Shown here one piece after another: positions 20,507 through 31,050 of a stretch of DNA of 48,355 bases; positions within the stretch are counted from its first letter, which is position 1; each line of letters opens with the position of its first letter. A program made the translations under genes and the position numbers. The DNA lies in contig CAYNES010000001.1 of NCBI GenBank assembly GCA_964396315.1, positions 1 to 48,355 of the forward strand, written 5' to 3'. Below the pieces are notes generated by a model. That model saw only the letters and a program-made list of their open reading frames with translations, was not told the origin of the DNA and did no database searches. Origin of the DNA: an uncultured Piscirickettsiaceae bacterium (GTDB taxonomy: Bacteria > Pseudomonadota > Gammaproteobacteria > PS1 > Pseudothioglobaceae).

Positions 20507-23170
20507 ATGAGTATTATAAATAATGTTTTGTCTAAGATTGTTGGGTCACGCAATGATCGTCTTATAAAAAAATACAGTAGCCAGGTTTCAAGGATCAATG
20601 CTCTAGAGGAACAAATGCAGTCCATGAGTGACGATGAGCTTTCTTCGACTACAGAGAGACTTAAGCAAAGAATTGAAAAAAATGAAACTATGGACGATAT
20701 TCTTCCAGAAGCTTTTGCTGCAGTTAGAGAGGCGAGCCAAAGAACCCTTGGATTAAGACACTATGATGTCCAGCTTATTGGTGGAATGGTTCTTCATGAA
20801 GGATGCATTTCTGAAATGGGTACTGGTGAAGGAAAGACCCTGGTTGCAACGTTGCCAGCTTACCTTAATGCAATATTTGGCAACAAGGTTCATGTTGTTA
20901 CTGTAAATGATTACCTAGCCGCGCGTGATGCAGAATGGATGGGAAAAGTTTTTTCTTTCTTAGGTCTTACTGTTGGAACCTCAATTTCAGGCATGTCGGG
21001 AGAAGAAAAGCAAAAAGCATATTCATGCGACATAACTTACGCTACTAACAATGAGCTTGGTTTCGACTATCTTAGAGATAACATGGCCTTTTCAAGCGAG
21101 CAAAAAATGCTACAAGAGCTTTCATTTGCAATTATTGATGAGGTTGACTCGATTCTAATTGATGAGGCGAGAACACCTTTGGTTATTTCTGGCCCGTCTG
21201 GAGACCATGGCCAGGTTTACAAGGCAATTAACACCATGATTCCAAAGTTTACTCTTCAAACAGAGAGGGGCCAAGGAAAAGAAATGGAAGTCATTACCCC
21301 TGGAGACTATACAGTTGATGAGAAGCATAAGCAGGTTTTTCTGAGTGATGATGGCCATGTTAAGGCTGAAGACATGCTTATTGAGGCAGGCGCATTGACC
21401 GAGGGGTCGAGTCTTTATGATGCAAGCAATATTATTTTATTAAAACATCTCATTTCTGGGCTAAGGGCCCACGTTCTTTTTCAAAAAAACGTCCACTACA
21501 TAGTCAAGAATGACGAGGTTGTTATTGTTGACGAGTTTACCGGAAGAACAATGGAGGGAAGAAGGTGGTCAGAGGGCCTTCACCAAGCAATAGAGGCCAA
21601 AGAAAATGTAAGCATCAAGCAAGAAAACCAAACCTTGGCATCAATAACTTATCAAAACTATTTTAGACTTTACGACAAACTTTCAGGCATGACCGGAACG
21701 GCTGAGACAGAAGCCACAGAGCTGCAAGATATTTATGGCTTGGAAGTGGTTGTTGTTCCTCCAAACGCAATGTCAGCCAGAACAGACCTATCAGATCTAA
21801 TTTATGGAACTATGGAGGAAAAGCTTGACTCAGTCCTTAAAGATATTCTTGAATGTCAGAAACGGATGCAGCCAGTTCTTGTTGGAACCAGTAGTATTGA
21901 GAGCTCAGAAAGTGTTTCTGCTATTCTTAAGAAAAACAATATTAAACATGAGGTGTTGAATGCAAAACAGCATGAGCGTGAGGCTGAAATAGTAGCAAAT
22001 GCGGGAGCCCCTGGGGCAGTAACAATTTCGACAAACATGGCTGGACGTGGTACCGATATTGTGCTCGGTGGAAGGCCGTTAGAGGATGCCAGTGAGACAG
22101 AAAAAAAGTCTTGGATAGAAAAGCATGATGATGTAATAAAAGCCGGAGGTCTTCACATTATAGGAACTGAGAGGAACGAGTCTCGCCGAGTTGACAACCA
22201 GCTTAGAGGACGTGCGGGAAGACAAGGGGATGTTGGTTCAACTCGGTTTTATCTGTCTTTAGAGGACAGTTTGATGAAAATATTTGCTTCTGAAAAGACA
22301 GCCAGCATGATGAAAAAACTTGGAATGAAAGAAGGAGAGGCCCTCGAGCATAGCTGGCTAAATAGAACTATAGCCAACGCGCAAAAAAAAGTTGAAGGCA
22401 TGCATTATGATGCACGAAAGCATCTTCTAGAATATGATGATGTTGCAAACGATCAGCGAAAAGTTGTTTATGAGCTCAGAGACGAATTAATGGGCAAAGA
22501 AGATGTCAAGGATCGGTTTGAAACAATAAGAGATGAGGTTATAAGTGACTTGTTTATTCAGTATATTTCTCCAAAAACCCTTGAAGAAGATTGGGATGTT
22601 GACGGCCTTCATCGCATCTTATTAGAGTCTTATGGAGCCGATATCCCCTTGCAAGGAATGATTGATGAGGGCTTGGACGTAGATGAAATTTTAAAAATGA
22701 TACAGTCTGGCTTTGCTAAATCGCATGAGGCTAAGGAAAAAAACCTTGGGCCAGAAATGATGAGGACATTTGAAAAGGCTGTAATGCTTAGAGCGCTTGA
22801 CCACCACTGGAAAGAGCATCTTGCGGTTATGGACCAACTAAGGCAGAGTGTCAATTTGCGAGGCTATGGCCAAAAGAACCCCGTTCAAGAATATAAACGA
22901 GAGTCATTTGACATGTTCACAGACCTTCTTGACACTATTAATGTTGAAATTGTGAAGGCATTAAGTAGCGTTAATCTTGAACAAGTTAGCGCCCAACAAA
23001 AAGAAATTATTGAAGAGAGAGAGCGGGCAGATCACTCTGAGCCAGCTCTAAGAAAGGCGTCCCCTCCTAGAAGAGCAAGCATGCAACAGCCTAAAAGAAA
23101 TGTAAAGGTTGGCAGGAATGACCCATGTCCGTGTGGATCTGGTAAAAAGTACAAGCAGTGCCATGGTTAA
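20507..23170 (+). CDS. secA: protein translocase ATPase SecA
   Basis: GSRNDR, MGTGEGKT, DEVDSILIDEARTP, C-terminal GRNDPCPCGSGKKYKQCH. Likely start ATG 20507 (MSII...). Confidence 0.99.
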   Translation: MSIINNVLSKIVGSRNDRLIKKYSSQVSRINALEEQMQSMSDDELSSTTERLKQRIEKNETMDDILPEAFAAVREASQRTLGLRHYDVQLIGGMVLHEGCISEMGTGEGKTLVATLPAYLNAIFGNKVHVVTVNDYLAARDAEWMGKVFSFLGLTVGTSISGMSGEEKQKAYSCDITYATNNELGFDYLRDNMAFSSEQKMLQELSFAIIDEVDSILIDEARTPLVISGPSGDHGQVYKAINTMIPKFTLQTERGQGKEMEVITPGDYTVDEKHKQVFLSDDGHVKAEDMLIEAGALTEGSSLYDASNIILLKHLISGLRAHVLFQKNVHYIVKNDEVVIVDEFTGRTMEGRRWSEGLHQAIEAKENVSIKQENQTLASITYQNYFRLYDKLSGMTGTAETEATELQDIYGLEVVVVPPNAMSARTDLSDLIYGTMEEKLDSVLKDILECQKRMQPVLVGTSSIESSESVSAILKKNNIKHEVLNAKQHEREAEIVANAGAPGAVTISTNMAGRGTDIVLGGRPLEDASETEKKSWIEKHDDVIKAGGLHIIGTERNESRRVDNQLRGRAGRQGDVGSTRFYLSLEDSLMKIFASEKTASMMKKLGMKEGEALEHSWLNRTIANAQKKVEGMHYDARKHLLEYDDVANDQRKVVYELRDELMGKEDVKDRFETIRDEVISDLFIQYISPKTLEEDWDVDGLHRILLESYGADIPLQGMIDEGLDVDEILKMIQSGFAKSHEAKEKNLGPEMMRTFEKAVMLRALDHHWKEHLAVMDQLRQSVNLRGYGQKNPVQEYKRESFDMFTDLLDTINVEIVKALSSVNLEQVSAQQKEIIEERERADHSEPALRKASPPRRASMQQPKRNVKVGRNDPCPCGSGKKYKQCHG

Positions 23171-23183
23171 ACCCAAGAGCTTA

Positions 23184-23201
23184 CTTGATCTTGATCTTGA
23201 T
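23184..23201. repeat. (CTTGAT)x3 microsatellite upstream of pyrC
   Basis: Seen directly; followed by a degenerate TTTGAT copy overlapping the start codon. Confidence 0.8.
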
Positions 23202-23206
23202 TTTTG

Positions 23207-24244
23207 ATGAGACAAATTAAACTAACAAAGCCAGATGATTGGCACCTTCACTTGAGACAAGGTGACGCAATGAGCTCTGTTGTTGGCATGACAGCCAGAC
23301 AGATGGGCAGAGCAATTATTATGCCAAACTTGTCCCCACCAGTTAAAACAGTTGAACATGCTTTGGCTTATCGAAGAGAAATTATTGACTCACTTCCAGA
23401 GAGCTCAAGTTTTAATCCTCTAATGACGTTGTATCTAACTGACAACACAACAAAACAAAACATAATTGATGTAAGCAACGAACAGCATGTCTATGCAGTA
23501 AAGCTTTATCCTGCCGGAGCAACAACAAATTCAGATAGCGGAGTAACAAGCTTGTCAAACACATATTCAGCTCTAGAGCAAATGCAAAAAGAAGGCATTC
23601 CGCTCTTAGTTCATGGCGAAGTTACTCAAAGAAGCGTGGACATTTTTGACAGAGAGGCGGTTTTTATTGAAACTGTTCTTGAGCCCCTTGTAGAAAATTT
23701 TCCTGAGCTTAAAATTGTTTTAGAGCATATTACAACCAAGGATTCAGCAGATTTCGTATCTCAAGCAGGTCCAAATATAGCAGCAACAATTACAGCACAC
23801 CATCTGCTAGCCAATAGAAACCACATGCTTGTCGGTGGTATTAGGCCCCATTATTACTGTTTGCCTGTATTAAAAAGAAAGACGCCACATCAAGAGTCTT
23901 TAATTGCGGCAGCAACTTCTGGAAGCTCTAAGTTTTTTCTAGGAACTGATTCAGCCCCTCACAGTCAAAACGAAAAAGAGTCGGCTTGTGGGTGTGCAGG
24001 GGTTTATAGCGCTCATGCTGCAATAGAGTTTTATGCAGAGGCCTTTGAAAAGGCGAACAAGCTTGAAATGTTGGAAGGCTTTGCTTCTTTCTTTGGGGCG
24101 GATTTTTATGGCCTGGAGAGAAACACTGAAATAATAACACTGGAGAAAAATTCTTGGACCATTCCAACAAGCTACGAGTTTTCTGACTCAAGGGTTATTC
24201 CATTTTTTGCAGGAAAAGAGCTCTCTTGGAGAGTTTTTTATTAA
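23207..24244 (+). CDS. pyrC: dihydroorotase (homodimeric type)
   Basis: [32 protein letters not shown]. Confidence 0.98.
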   Translation: MRQIKLTKPDDWHLHLRQGDAMSSVVGMTARQMGRAIIMPNLSPPVKTVEHALAYRREIIDSLPESSSFNPLMTLYLTDNTTKQNIIDVSNEQHVYAVKLYPAGATTNSDSGVTSLSNTYSALEQMQKEGIPLLVHGEVTQRSVDIFDREAVFIETVLEPLVENFPELKIVLEHITTKDSADFVSQAGPNIAATITAHHLLANRNHMLVGGIRPHYYCLPVLKRKTPHQESLIAAATSGSSKFFLGTDSAPHSQNEKESACGCAGVYSAHAAIEFYAEAFEKANKLEMLEGFASFFGADFYGLERNTEIITLEKNSWTIPTSYEFSDSRVIPFFAGKELSWRVFY

Positions 24245-25164
24245 TCGACCTCGCTTTGAAAAAAAAGCCTGCTTTTTTCCACGTCTTTTTGTATTTGTTT
24301 TTTGAGTTCTTCGAATGATTCAAACTTTATTTCGTCTCGACATTTTTGTTTAAAAACTACTTTAACCGGGTCGCCATAGATTTCTTGATTAAAGTCAAAA
24401 ATAAAAACCTCTAAAAGCGTTTTGGTGCCACCCAATGTTGGTCGCTTTCCTATATTACAAACACCCGTATATGTTTTTGAGTTATGCTCAATTAGCACAC
24501 TATATACTCCCAAAACAGGGCTAAGCCTTCTTTTAATGCTAATATTTGCTGTTGGAAAGCCTATCGTTCTGCCCAGCTGATCCCCGTTTGCAACCTTGCC
24601 ACTTATTGAAAAGGGCCTTCCCAAAAAGGCCTCAGCAGACTTAAAGTCACCAGCTGTCAGAGCTTTTCTGATTTCAGTGCTGCTAACGCGACGTCCATTG
24701 ACTGAAACACCACCAATCTTTTGCACAGTAAAGTTTTTTTCTATAGAAGCTTTTTCAAGCATAGAAAAATCGCCTTCACGACCACTTCCAAACCTAAAGT
24801 CGTCACCAACAAAACAGTGGCTCATGTTTATTTTTTTTATAAGAACATTATTAATAAAGTCGTTTGCACTTATTTCGGAAAATGCTTTGTTAAACCTGAT
24901 CAATAGGTGCTTGTCTACCCCAAGCGATTGAAGAAGCAGGTGTTTTTCTCTGAAGCTGCTTATTCTGGCCTGAGGTCGTCCAAAAAAAGTTTGTGGTGTT
25001 ACAGAAAAAGAAATAACGAGAGAGCAAGCCCTTTGTTTTTTTGCTTTTTTGACAAGGTTTTTCAATATCTCTTGGTGGCCAATGTGAACGCCATCAAAGT
25101 TTCCTACAGTAAGAACACAGTCAGACAGCTTTTTTAAATTGTGAAGACCTCTAATCAATTCCAT
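24241..25164 (-). CDS. ribF: bifunctional riboflavin kinase/FAD synthetase
   Basis: [27 protein letters not shown]. Confidence 0.98.
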   Translation of the reverse strand: MELIRGLHNLKKLSDCVLTVGNFDGVHIGHQEILKNLVKKAKKQRACSLVISFSVTPQTFFGRPQARISSFREKHLLLQSLGVDKHLLIRFNKAFSEISANDFINNVLIKKINMSHCFVGDDFRFGSGREGDFSMLEKASIEKNFTVQKIGGVSVNGRRVSSTEIRKALTAGDFKSAEAFLGRPFSISGKVANGDQLGRTIGFPTANISIKRRLSPVLGVYSVLIEHNSKTYTGVCNIGKRPTLGGTKTLLEVFIFDFNQEIYGDPVKVVFKQKCRDEIKFESFEELKKQIQKDVEKSRLFFQSEVD

Positions 25165-25200
25165 GAGCTTATTTTACTGTCGACATTGTCTCTTTATCAA

Positions 25201-26217
25201 TTAAAGAGTTTGAATTATTTTTTTAACAGGTGTAGGCATTCCTTTCAGAATAGAGTGCTTTTGAAAATAGTTATTAGAACCTCCTGGGGAGTCAATTAAA
25301 ACAGGCCTTATCCACAAGTTATAATGAGTGAAGGTGTGCTTAAACTTATTAAGACGCCTTATAACGGTTGCATTTTTATTGTGCCTCTTGATTGTTTTTA
25401 TGATTGTGCTTGCCTCGTCTTTGCATTCTTCAAAGCTCCAAAGACTGCCCCAAACTCCTTGAGCTGGCCTTTTGTTAAGAAAAATTTCTTGTTTTTCATT
25501 TGTATAGATTAGAAAAGCTAAGTTTTTTTCCGGTTTTGAGGCTTTTTTTGGCTTTTTCTGTGGAAAAAGCAGTTGTTCATTATTGAGGAATGCTTCACAT
25601 TGGCTTGAGGCTGGGCAGCTATCGCAGCTTGGATTCTTTGGAGTGCAAACTGTTGCTCCAATATCCATAATTGCCTGAGTATAGTTTGCATTTTTTGTTG
25701 AAGGTGTGTGAAAGCTTGCCAACCTCCAAAGCTTTTTCATGACAGCGGCTTCTGAATAATGCCCTTTTATTCTGTGATATCTCGCAAGAACCCTTTTAAC
25801 GTTACCATCAAGTATTGGCGCCTCAAGGTTGTATCCTAAAGACAAGATTGCGCCAGCGGTTGAAGACCCAATACCAGGCAACGAGACAAGCTCCTTGTGG
25901 CTTTTTGGAAATATGCCGCCGAAATCAGTGGAAATTATTTTGGCGGTTTTGTGTAAGTTTCGTGCGCGGCTATAATATCCAAGTCCTGCCCATAGCGCCA
26001 TTACTTTATCTTCTTTTGCCTTAGCGAGCGCATTTATATCTGGAAAAGTCTTTATGAAGTCCTCAAAGTACTCAATAACTGTGGCCACTTGTGTTTGTTG
26101 AAGCATAACTTCAGAAAGCCAAACGTGATAAATATTGGGTGGAGATGACTGCCAAGGAAGATTTTTTCTTCCATGGTCTTCAAACCAAGTTAATAGTTCC
26201 TTTGCCAGCTCTGTCAC
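25201..26217 (-). CDS. mutY: A/G-specific adenine glycosylase
   Basis: SEVMLQQTQV, WAGLGYYSRARNL, HhH-GPD (LDGNV), 4Fe-4S Cys cluster; GTG start. Confidence 0.98.
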   Translation of the reverse strand: MTELAKELLTWFEDHGRKNLPWQSSPPNIYHVWLSEVMLQQTQVATVIEYFEDFIKTFPDINALAKAKEDKVMALWAGLGYYSRARNLHKTAKIISTDFGGIFPKSHKELVSLPGIGSSTAGAILSLGYNLEAPILDGNVKRVLARYHRIKGHYSEAAVMKKLWRLASFHTPSTKNANYTQAIMDIGATVCTPKNPSCDSCPASSQCEAFLNNEQLLFPQKKPKKASKPEKNLAFLIYTNEKQEIFLNKRPAQGVWGSLWSFEECKDEASTIIKTIKRHNKNATVIRRLNKFKHTFTHYNLWIRPVLIDSPGGSNNYFQKHSILKGMPTPVKKIIQTL

Positions 26218-26219
26218 TT

Positions 26220-27272
26220 TTATAAGCCAAGTGGATTTAATGGGTTGATTGAGTCCATAAATGGTAGTTTTATGTCCTCATTTGTAATTTGATAAACGCC
26301 CCCTATCCAGTTATTGATAATAGCGCTAGCACTATCATGCCATGTGTTATCGAGTGTTTTTATGATAAGCCTTTCTGGAAAGTCTGTGATTGCAGCAGAA
26401 TTATTTTCAAGTCTTGTTTTGTACTCATTTAGGATGGCGCAGTTTTGGGGCGACAGATAGTTGCTTGGAAAAGGCGGATAGTCTGAACGCCCCTCCTCCA
26501 AATATAGAGCAACTTCTCTTTTGTATTCTTTTAGAAGGCTAATTGAGTCATACTCAGGGTGTCCTTGAAAGAAAACAAGTCGAAACTGATCTGGACTAAC
26601 AGCCAAGTGGACTCCAACAGGGCTTGTGGCCAAGACTTTGGCGCCTGCTTTTTCAAACTGGGCCTCTGAAATCCCGTTGTAGCGAGAGTGTGGAATATCG
26701 AAGCGGGTGTTTACGCCTTTGACCAAGGGATGCGATCTATCAATGACTTTGTGCGGAAAAACGCCCCAATGCTTTTTGCCATTAGGCGTGCGTTTTTGAG
26801 AGTACATAAACTCTAAAACGGCATGAGTGGCAAGACAAGAGCAAAGGGTTGAGGTAACATTTTCATACGACCATTCAACTACCTGGCGTAGCTCTTTATA
26901 AAAAGGGGCTCGCTTAAGGTCCGGGTGAGATACGTTTGCTCCAGATATAATGAGAGCATCAAGGCCCTGAGACTTGATTTCATTAAATGTTTTGTAATGT
27001 TTTTCAATGTGCTTTGTAGCAGCATCGCCTCTATTGATGCTTTTGAGAGAAAACGGATGTATGTAGAATTGGGCAACCTGGTTTGAGTGACCAATTAGCC
27101 GAAAAAACTGTCTCTCCGTAGCCTCTAGTGCAGAGTCAGGCATCATATTTAAAAGCCCTATGTGAAGCTCTCTTATGTCTTGATGAGCGGCCCTGTCTTT
27201 TGTGAGAATCGTCTCTCCCTGTGCTTTAAGACGCTCAAAAGAGGGTAGTGAGGAGTGTGCTATTAGTGGCAT
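26220..27272 (-). CDS. metA: homoserine O-acyltransferase MetA (likely succinyl)
   Basis: QDIRELHIGLLNMMPD, ATERQF, catalytic CLATHA, PHSRY, QGHPEYD. Confidence 0.95.
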   Translation of the reverse strand: MPLIAHSSLPSFERLKAQGETILTKDRAAHQDIRELHIGLLNMMPDSALEATERQFFRLIGHSNQVAQFYIHPFSLKSINRGDAATKHIEKHYKTFNEIKSQGLDALIISGANVSHPDLKRAPFYKELRQVVEWSYENVTSTLCSCLATHAVLEFMYSQKRTPNGKKHWGVFPHKVIDRSHPLVKGVNTRFDIPHSRYNGISEAQFEKAGAKVLATSPVGVHLAVSPDQFRLVFFQGHPEYDSISLLKEYKREVALYLEEGRSDYPPFPSNYLSPQNCAILNEYKTRLENNSAAITDFPERLIIKTLDNTWHDSASAIINNWIGGVYQITNEDIKLPFMDSINPLNPLGL

Positions 27273-27273
27273 T

Positions 27274-28107
27274 TTATTTAAGCGCGCTAGAGATTAGATT
27301 AAGAACGTCATTGGAAGATTTGCAATTATGCAGATCGTCACTTTTTATGGTGCAGCCATATTTACCTGCAAGGCTAGAATATTTTACAAGCCTGTCTTCG
27401 ATAAGTTTTGGAAAAACCCAGCTAACAAAAGAGTCCGGACTAATTTGAGCAGCATATTCTAGATTGTTTTCAGAAAGGAAGGCCTTCACCGAGCGTTCAA
27501 AAAAAACTGGATTATAGTACACTGGTTTGGGGTTTTCTTTGGCCCTCTCAATAAGCACGCGCTCATTTTCTTTGCTAGTTTTAATATAGACAACAAGAGT
27601 GTTATCAGACAACAACTTAAAAAGATTTGAGTCTTCAAGCTCGCAAAGACTTCCACCAGCGTCATTAATAAAGTGGGAAAAACCTTTTGCTTGAGATTTT
27701 GAAATAAACTCTGGAACTTCATACATGGCCTTTCTTTCTGCCTCGAGAAATAAATGTTGTCGGCGAACAAACTCATCAAATGGCAGCCCTCCCTCCTCTG
27801 GATTGCCAACCTTTCCAAGAAAGGCAGAAATCGGCTCTAGATTGTCAAAAGTAACTTGGCTGTTTACGCTAATCGAGTTATTGTCTAAAAGGGTTTTTAG
27901 CCAGCTATCGGAACTCATTTTGTTTGCAATATTTGCAATGATTTCTTCCTTTAAATGGGCGGCCCCAATTCGGTAGTCGCCAGAAAAATGAAACCAGTCC
28001 CCCTCTTCTCCAATCAGTTTTGCAAGATGTGTTTTTCCAACACCAGACATACCTAAAAGTGTGATACGCTTATTTTTATTAGCTATAAAGTCTTTCGCTG
28101 AGGTCAT
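27274..28107 (-). CDS. P-loop kinase/ATPase, shikimate-kinase-like
   Basis: [12 protein letters not shown] Walker A near the N-terminus, [13 protein letters not shown]; 277 aa; 1 nt from metA. Confidence 0.75.
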   Translation of the reverse strand: MTSAKDFIANKNKRITLLGMSGVGKTHLAKLIGEEGDWFHFSGDYRIGAAHLKEEIIANIANKMSSDSWLKTLLDNNSISVNSQVTFDNLEPISAFLGKVGNPEEGGLPFDEFVRRQHLFLEAERKAMYEVPEFISKSQAKGFSHFINDAGGSLCELEDSNLFKLLSDNTLVVYIKTSKENERVLIERAKENPKPVYYNPVFFERSVKAFLSENNLEYAAQISPDSFVSWVFPKLIEDRLVKYSSLAGKYGCTIKSDDLHNCKSSNDVLNLISSALK

Positions 28108-29294
28108 CTTATAAGCCCGTCTTCTTTAAACATGTTTCGTATGCCTCTTATTGCCTGACGAATCCTGTGTTCATTTTCAATCAAACAAATGCGCACATAC
28201 TCATCTCCATAGTTACCAAAGCCAATGCCTGGAGACACTCCAACTTTGGCGCGATTAATCAGCTCTTTGCTAAACTCTAACGACCCCATGGATCGATAAT
28301 GTTCGGGTATTTTAGCCCATACAAACATTGTTGCTTTTGGTTTATCAACCTTCCATCCGATGCTTTCTAAGCCTGAACACAGGATATCACGCCTATACTC
28401 ATACATTTCACAAATTTCTTGCACACAAGATTGATCACCTTCAAGAGCCTCAATAGCAGCAACCTGAATTGGAGTAAATATTCCATAATCTAAATAAGAC
28501 TTAATTTTTGTAAGTGCTGCAACTAGGGAGCGATTGCCCACCATAAAGCCAACTCTCCATCCCGGCATGTTATAGCTTTTTGACATAGAAAAAAATTCGA
28601 CCGCTACTTCCTTAGCGCCCTCGACTTCAAATATACTTGGGGCCTTATATCCATCAAAAACAATATCGGCATATGCCAAGTCTTGAACAACCCAAATTTG
28701 GTTTTCTTTTGCAATCTTGACTATACGCTCAAAAAAATCTAGCTCAACACACTCGGATGTCGGATTTGAGGGATAGTTAAGAACTATAACCTTTGGTTTG
28801 GGCCAGGTGTTTTTTATGGCTTTTTCTAGCTCAGAAAAAAAATCATGTTCAGGTCCACATGGAACAGATCTAATGTCTGCCCCAGCTATTGCAAAGCCAT
28901 AAGGATGTATGGGGTAGGCGGGGCTTGGAACCAGAACTGTATCTCCTTTGCTAACAATTGCCTGAGCCAGATTGGCGAGCCCTTCTTTTGAACCTAAGGT
29001 GACAATGGCCTCGGTTTCGGGGTCAAGTGAGACGTCATATCTATCCTTATACCAGTTAGTGATAGCTCGGCGAAGTCGCGGGATGCCTCTTGATGCAGAA
29101 TAGCGGTGAGTGTCTGTTCTTCTAGCAACTTCAACCAATTTTTCAACAATATGAGGCGGCGTAGGCTGGTCTGGATTGCCCATACCAAAATCAATTATGT
29201 CTTCGCCTTTAGAGCGCGCTTTTGCTTTAAGCTCGTTTGTAATTGCAAAAACATAAGTTGGCAATCTTTCAATTCTTGCAAAATTTTCGTTCAT
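28104..29294 (-). CDS. alaC: alanine transaminase AlaC (class I/II PLP aminotransferase)
   Basis: [53 protein letters not shown]. Start at ATG 29294. Confidence 0.92.
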   Translation of the reverse strand: MNENFARIERLPTYVFAITNELKAKARSKGEDIIDFGMGNPDQPTPPHIVEKLVEVARRTDTHRYSASRGIPRLRRAITNWYKDRYDVSLDPETEAIVTLGSKEGLANLAQAIVSKGDTVLVPSPAYPIHPYGFAIAGADIRSVPCGPEHDFFSELEKAIKNTWPKPKVIVLNYPSNPTSECVELDFFERIVKIAKENQIWVVQDLAYADIVFDGYKAPSIFEVEGAKEVAVEFFSMSKSYNMPGWRVGFMVGNRSLVAALTKIKSYLDYGIFTPIQVAAIEALEGDQSCVQEICEMYEYRRDILCSGLESIGWKVDKPKATMFVWAKIPEHYRSMGSLEFSKELINRAKVGVSPGIGFGNYGDEYVRICLIENEHRIRQAIRGIRNMFKEDGLIR

Positions 29295-29307
29295 TATTCT
29301 AACTTGT

Positions 29308-30108
29308 TCAACTGGAAAGCCCAAGGTGATATGAGCTAAATTTACGCAGATTGAGTACGCCACAATCAAGGAGCAAATACTGTCCCTTTATCCCATCTAA
29401 AACTCCTGAAATAATCGGCGTCTTATCAAAGTTTAAGGACACAATCTTGGTTGGATATTTTAGCACAGGGTAACTAATATTTATCATTTCATCATCAAGC
29501 CATTGCGCCCCCAGTTCGTCTATAAGTTCTGGTATCTCGGCTAATAGCTCTATTTTTTTCGCAAACAGGTCTACTAGCTCAACCTCGTTTTTTAGCATTT
29601 TGCGCCAGTTTGTCTTGTCTGCTATAAAAGGCTTAAGGGCTGATTCTATCTTTCCGGAGTCAATTCTTGAGTTAACCTTTAGAATTGGCAGGGCGCTAAT
29701 TGCTCCTTGGTCAATCCATCTGCCAGGCATATTTGTCGCTCGAGTTATTCCTACCTTTGGCCCCGAAGAGTTTGCCAAATAAACCACATGCGATGTAAAG
29801 CAATTTGATAGCCCCCAGTCAGGCTCACGGCAAGTGCCCAGATGGTGATGACATGTTTCGGGTTTCATGATGCACATGTCACACCTCGCAAGAGATCTAG
29901 CACAAGGAAAACAGTATCCCTGCGAGAAGCTTTTGCTGGTTCTATTGCCGCAGTTTGAGCAGGTTATTTCACCTTTAAAGCTTAACTCAATTTGCTTGCC
30001 TATCAGCGAGTTCATTTCTACAGTCTCGTTTCCAATGGATAGAGAATAGTTTGCCTCTCCCTCAACTAGAGAGGTTTTCATCATTTTGATTTGACCAGCT
30101 AGCTGCAT
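29308..30108 (-). CDS. DUF2797 domain protein
   Basis: [47 protein letters not shown]. Confidence 0.88.
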   Translation of the reverse strand: MQLAGQIKMMKTSLVEGEANYSLSIGNETVEMNSLIGKQIELSFKGEITCSNCGNRTSKSFSQGYCFPCARSLARCDMCIMKPETCHHHLGTCREPDWGLSNCFTSHVVYLANSSGPKVGITRATNMPGRWIDQGAISALPILKVNSRIDSGKIESALKPFIADKTNWRKMLKNEVELVDLFAKKIELLAEIPELIDELGAQWLDDEMINISYPVLKYPTKIVSLNFDKTPIISGVLDGIKGQYLLLDCGVLNLRKFSSYHLGLSS

Positions 30109-30974
30109 AAAATTCTCTGAATATCTTTGTATTTGTTTGCAGCCTTAGTCATTATCTCGTCGGGAACTCTAGGGGGTGGTGGGGCCTTGTCCCACTCAAG
30201 CGTTTCTAGATAATCTCTGATGATTTGCTTGTCAAAGCTTTTTGGGCTTTGCCCAGGCAAATAGTCAGAGAGCGACCAAAACCTTGAAGAGTCTGGAGTT
30301 AATGCTTCATCCATGAGGGTAAGTTGGTTCTTTGAATCCAGGCCAAACTCAAACTTTGTGTCAGCAATTATGATGCCGCGAGTTTCCGCATGGGTTGACG
30401 CATAGTTATATATTGCAAGACTCTTGTCTTTAATTTGTTTGGCTAGTTCTGATCCAACTAAGGCTTCGGTTTCAGCAAACGAAATATTGGCATCATGCTC
30501 TCCAACAGCGGCTTTTGAGGACGGAGTGTAGAGGGGGCTTGCCAGTTTATCCGCCAGTTCAAGTCCATTGGGAAGGTCAATGCCACAAACTGAACCAAGG
30601 TTTAAATATTCTTTCCAGCCGGAGCCAATAATGTATCCTCGAACTACGGCCTCAATAGGTAGTGGCTTGAGTTTTTTTACCACTATTGCGCGACCCTCTA
30701 GCGCTTTAGATTCATTTACAGGAAGAACCTTGTCCAGAGAAATTCCTGTGAGGTGGTTTTGAATGATATGGCTAGTTTTATCAAACCAATAATTAGCAAC
30801 TGAGGTAAGAATTTTTCCTTTGTTCTGAATAGGCTGCTCAAAGATTACATCAAAGGCGGAAAGCCGATCAGAGGCTACAATCAACATATTGTCTTTGTCA
30901 ATATCATAAATGTCTCTTACCTTGCCTTGATGAATAAGAGGAAGCGACAATTCTTTATGAGTTATAGCAGACAT
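30099..30974 (-). CDS. purC: SAICAR synthetase
   Basis: GKVRDIY, SDRLSAFD, ADTKFEFG, TPDSSRFW. Confidence 0.98.
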   Translation of the reverse strand: MSAITHKELSLPLIHQGKVRDIYDIDKDNMLIVASDRLSAFDVIFEQPIQNKGKILTSVANYWFDKTSHIIQNHLTGISLDKVLPVNESKALEGRAIVVKKLKPLPIEAVVRGYIIGSGWKEYLNLGSVCGIDLPNGLELADKLASPLYTPSSKAAVGEHDANISFAETEALVGSELAKQIKDKSLAIYNYASTHAETRGIIIADTKFEFGLDSKNQLTLMDEALTPDSSRFWSLSDYLPGQSPKSFDKQIIRDYLETLEWDKAPPPPRVPDEIMTKAANKYKDIQRILCS

Positions 30975-31050
30975 ATCGATTAATTAAAGTTTTAAGGCTA
31001 TATTTTAATCGATTGAGACAGGTGTTTGTCTAGTTGCTTGGGGTAAAGGG

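Noticed and set aside
25308-25316. Perfect TTATCCACA DnaA box
   Set aside because: Single copy inside mutY coding sequence, far from any cluster; likely chance.
29295-29369. 25-aa N-terminal extension of AlaC
   Set aside because: Overlaps DUF2797; family similarity starts at MNENFARI.
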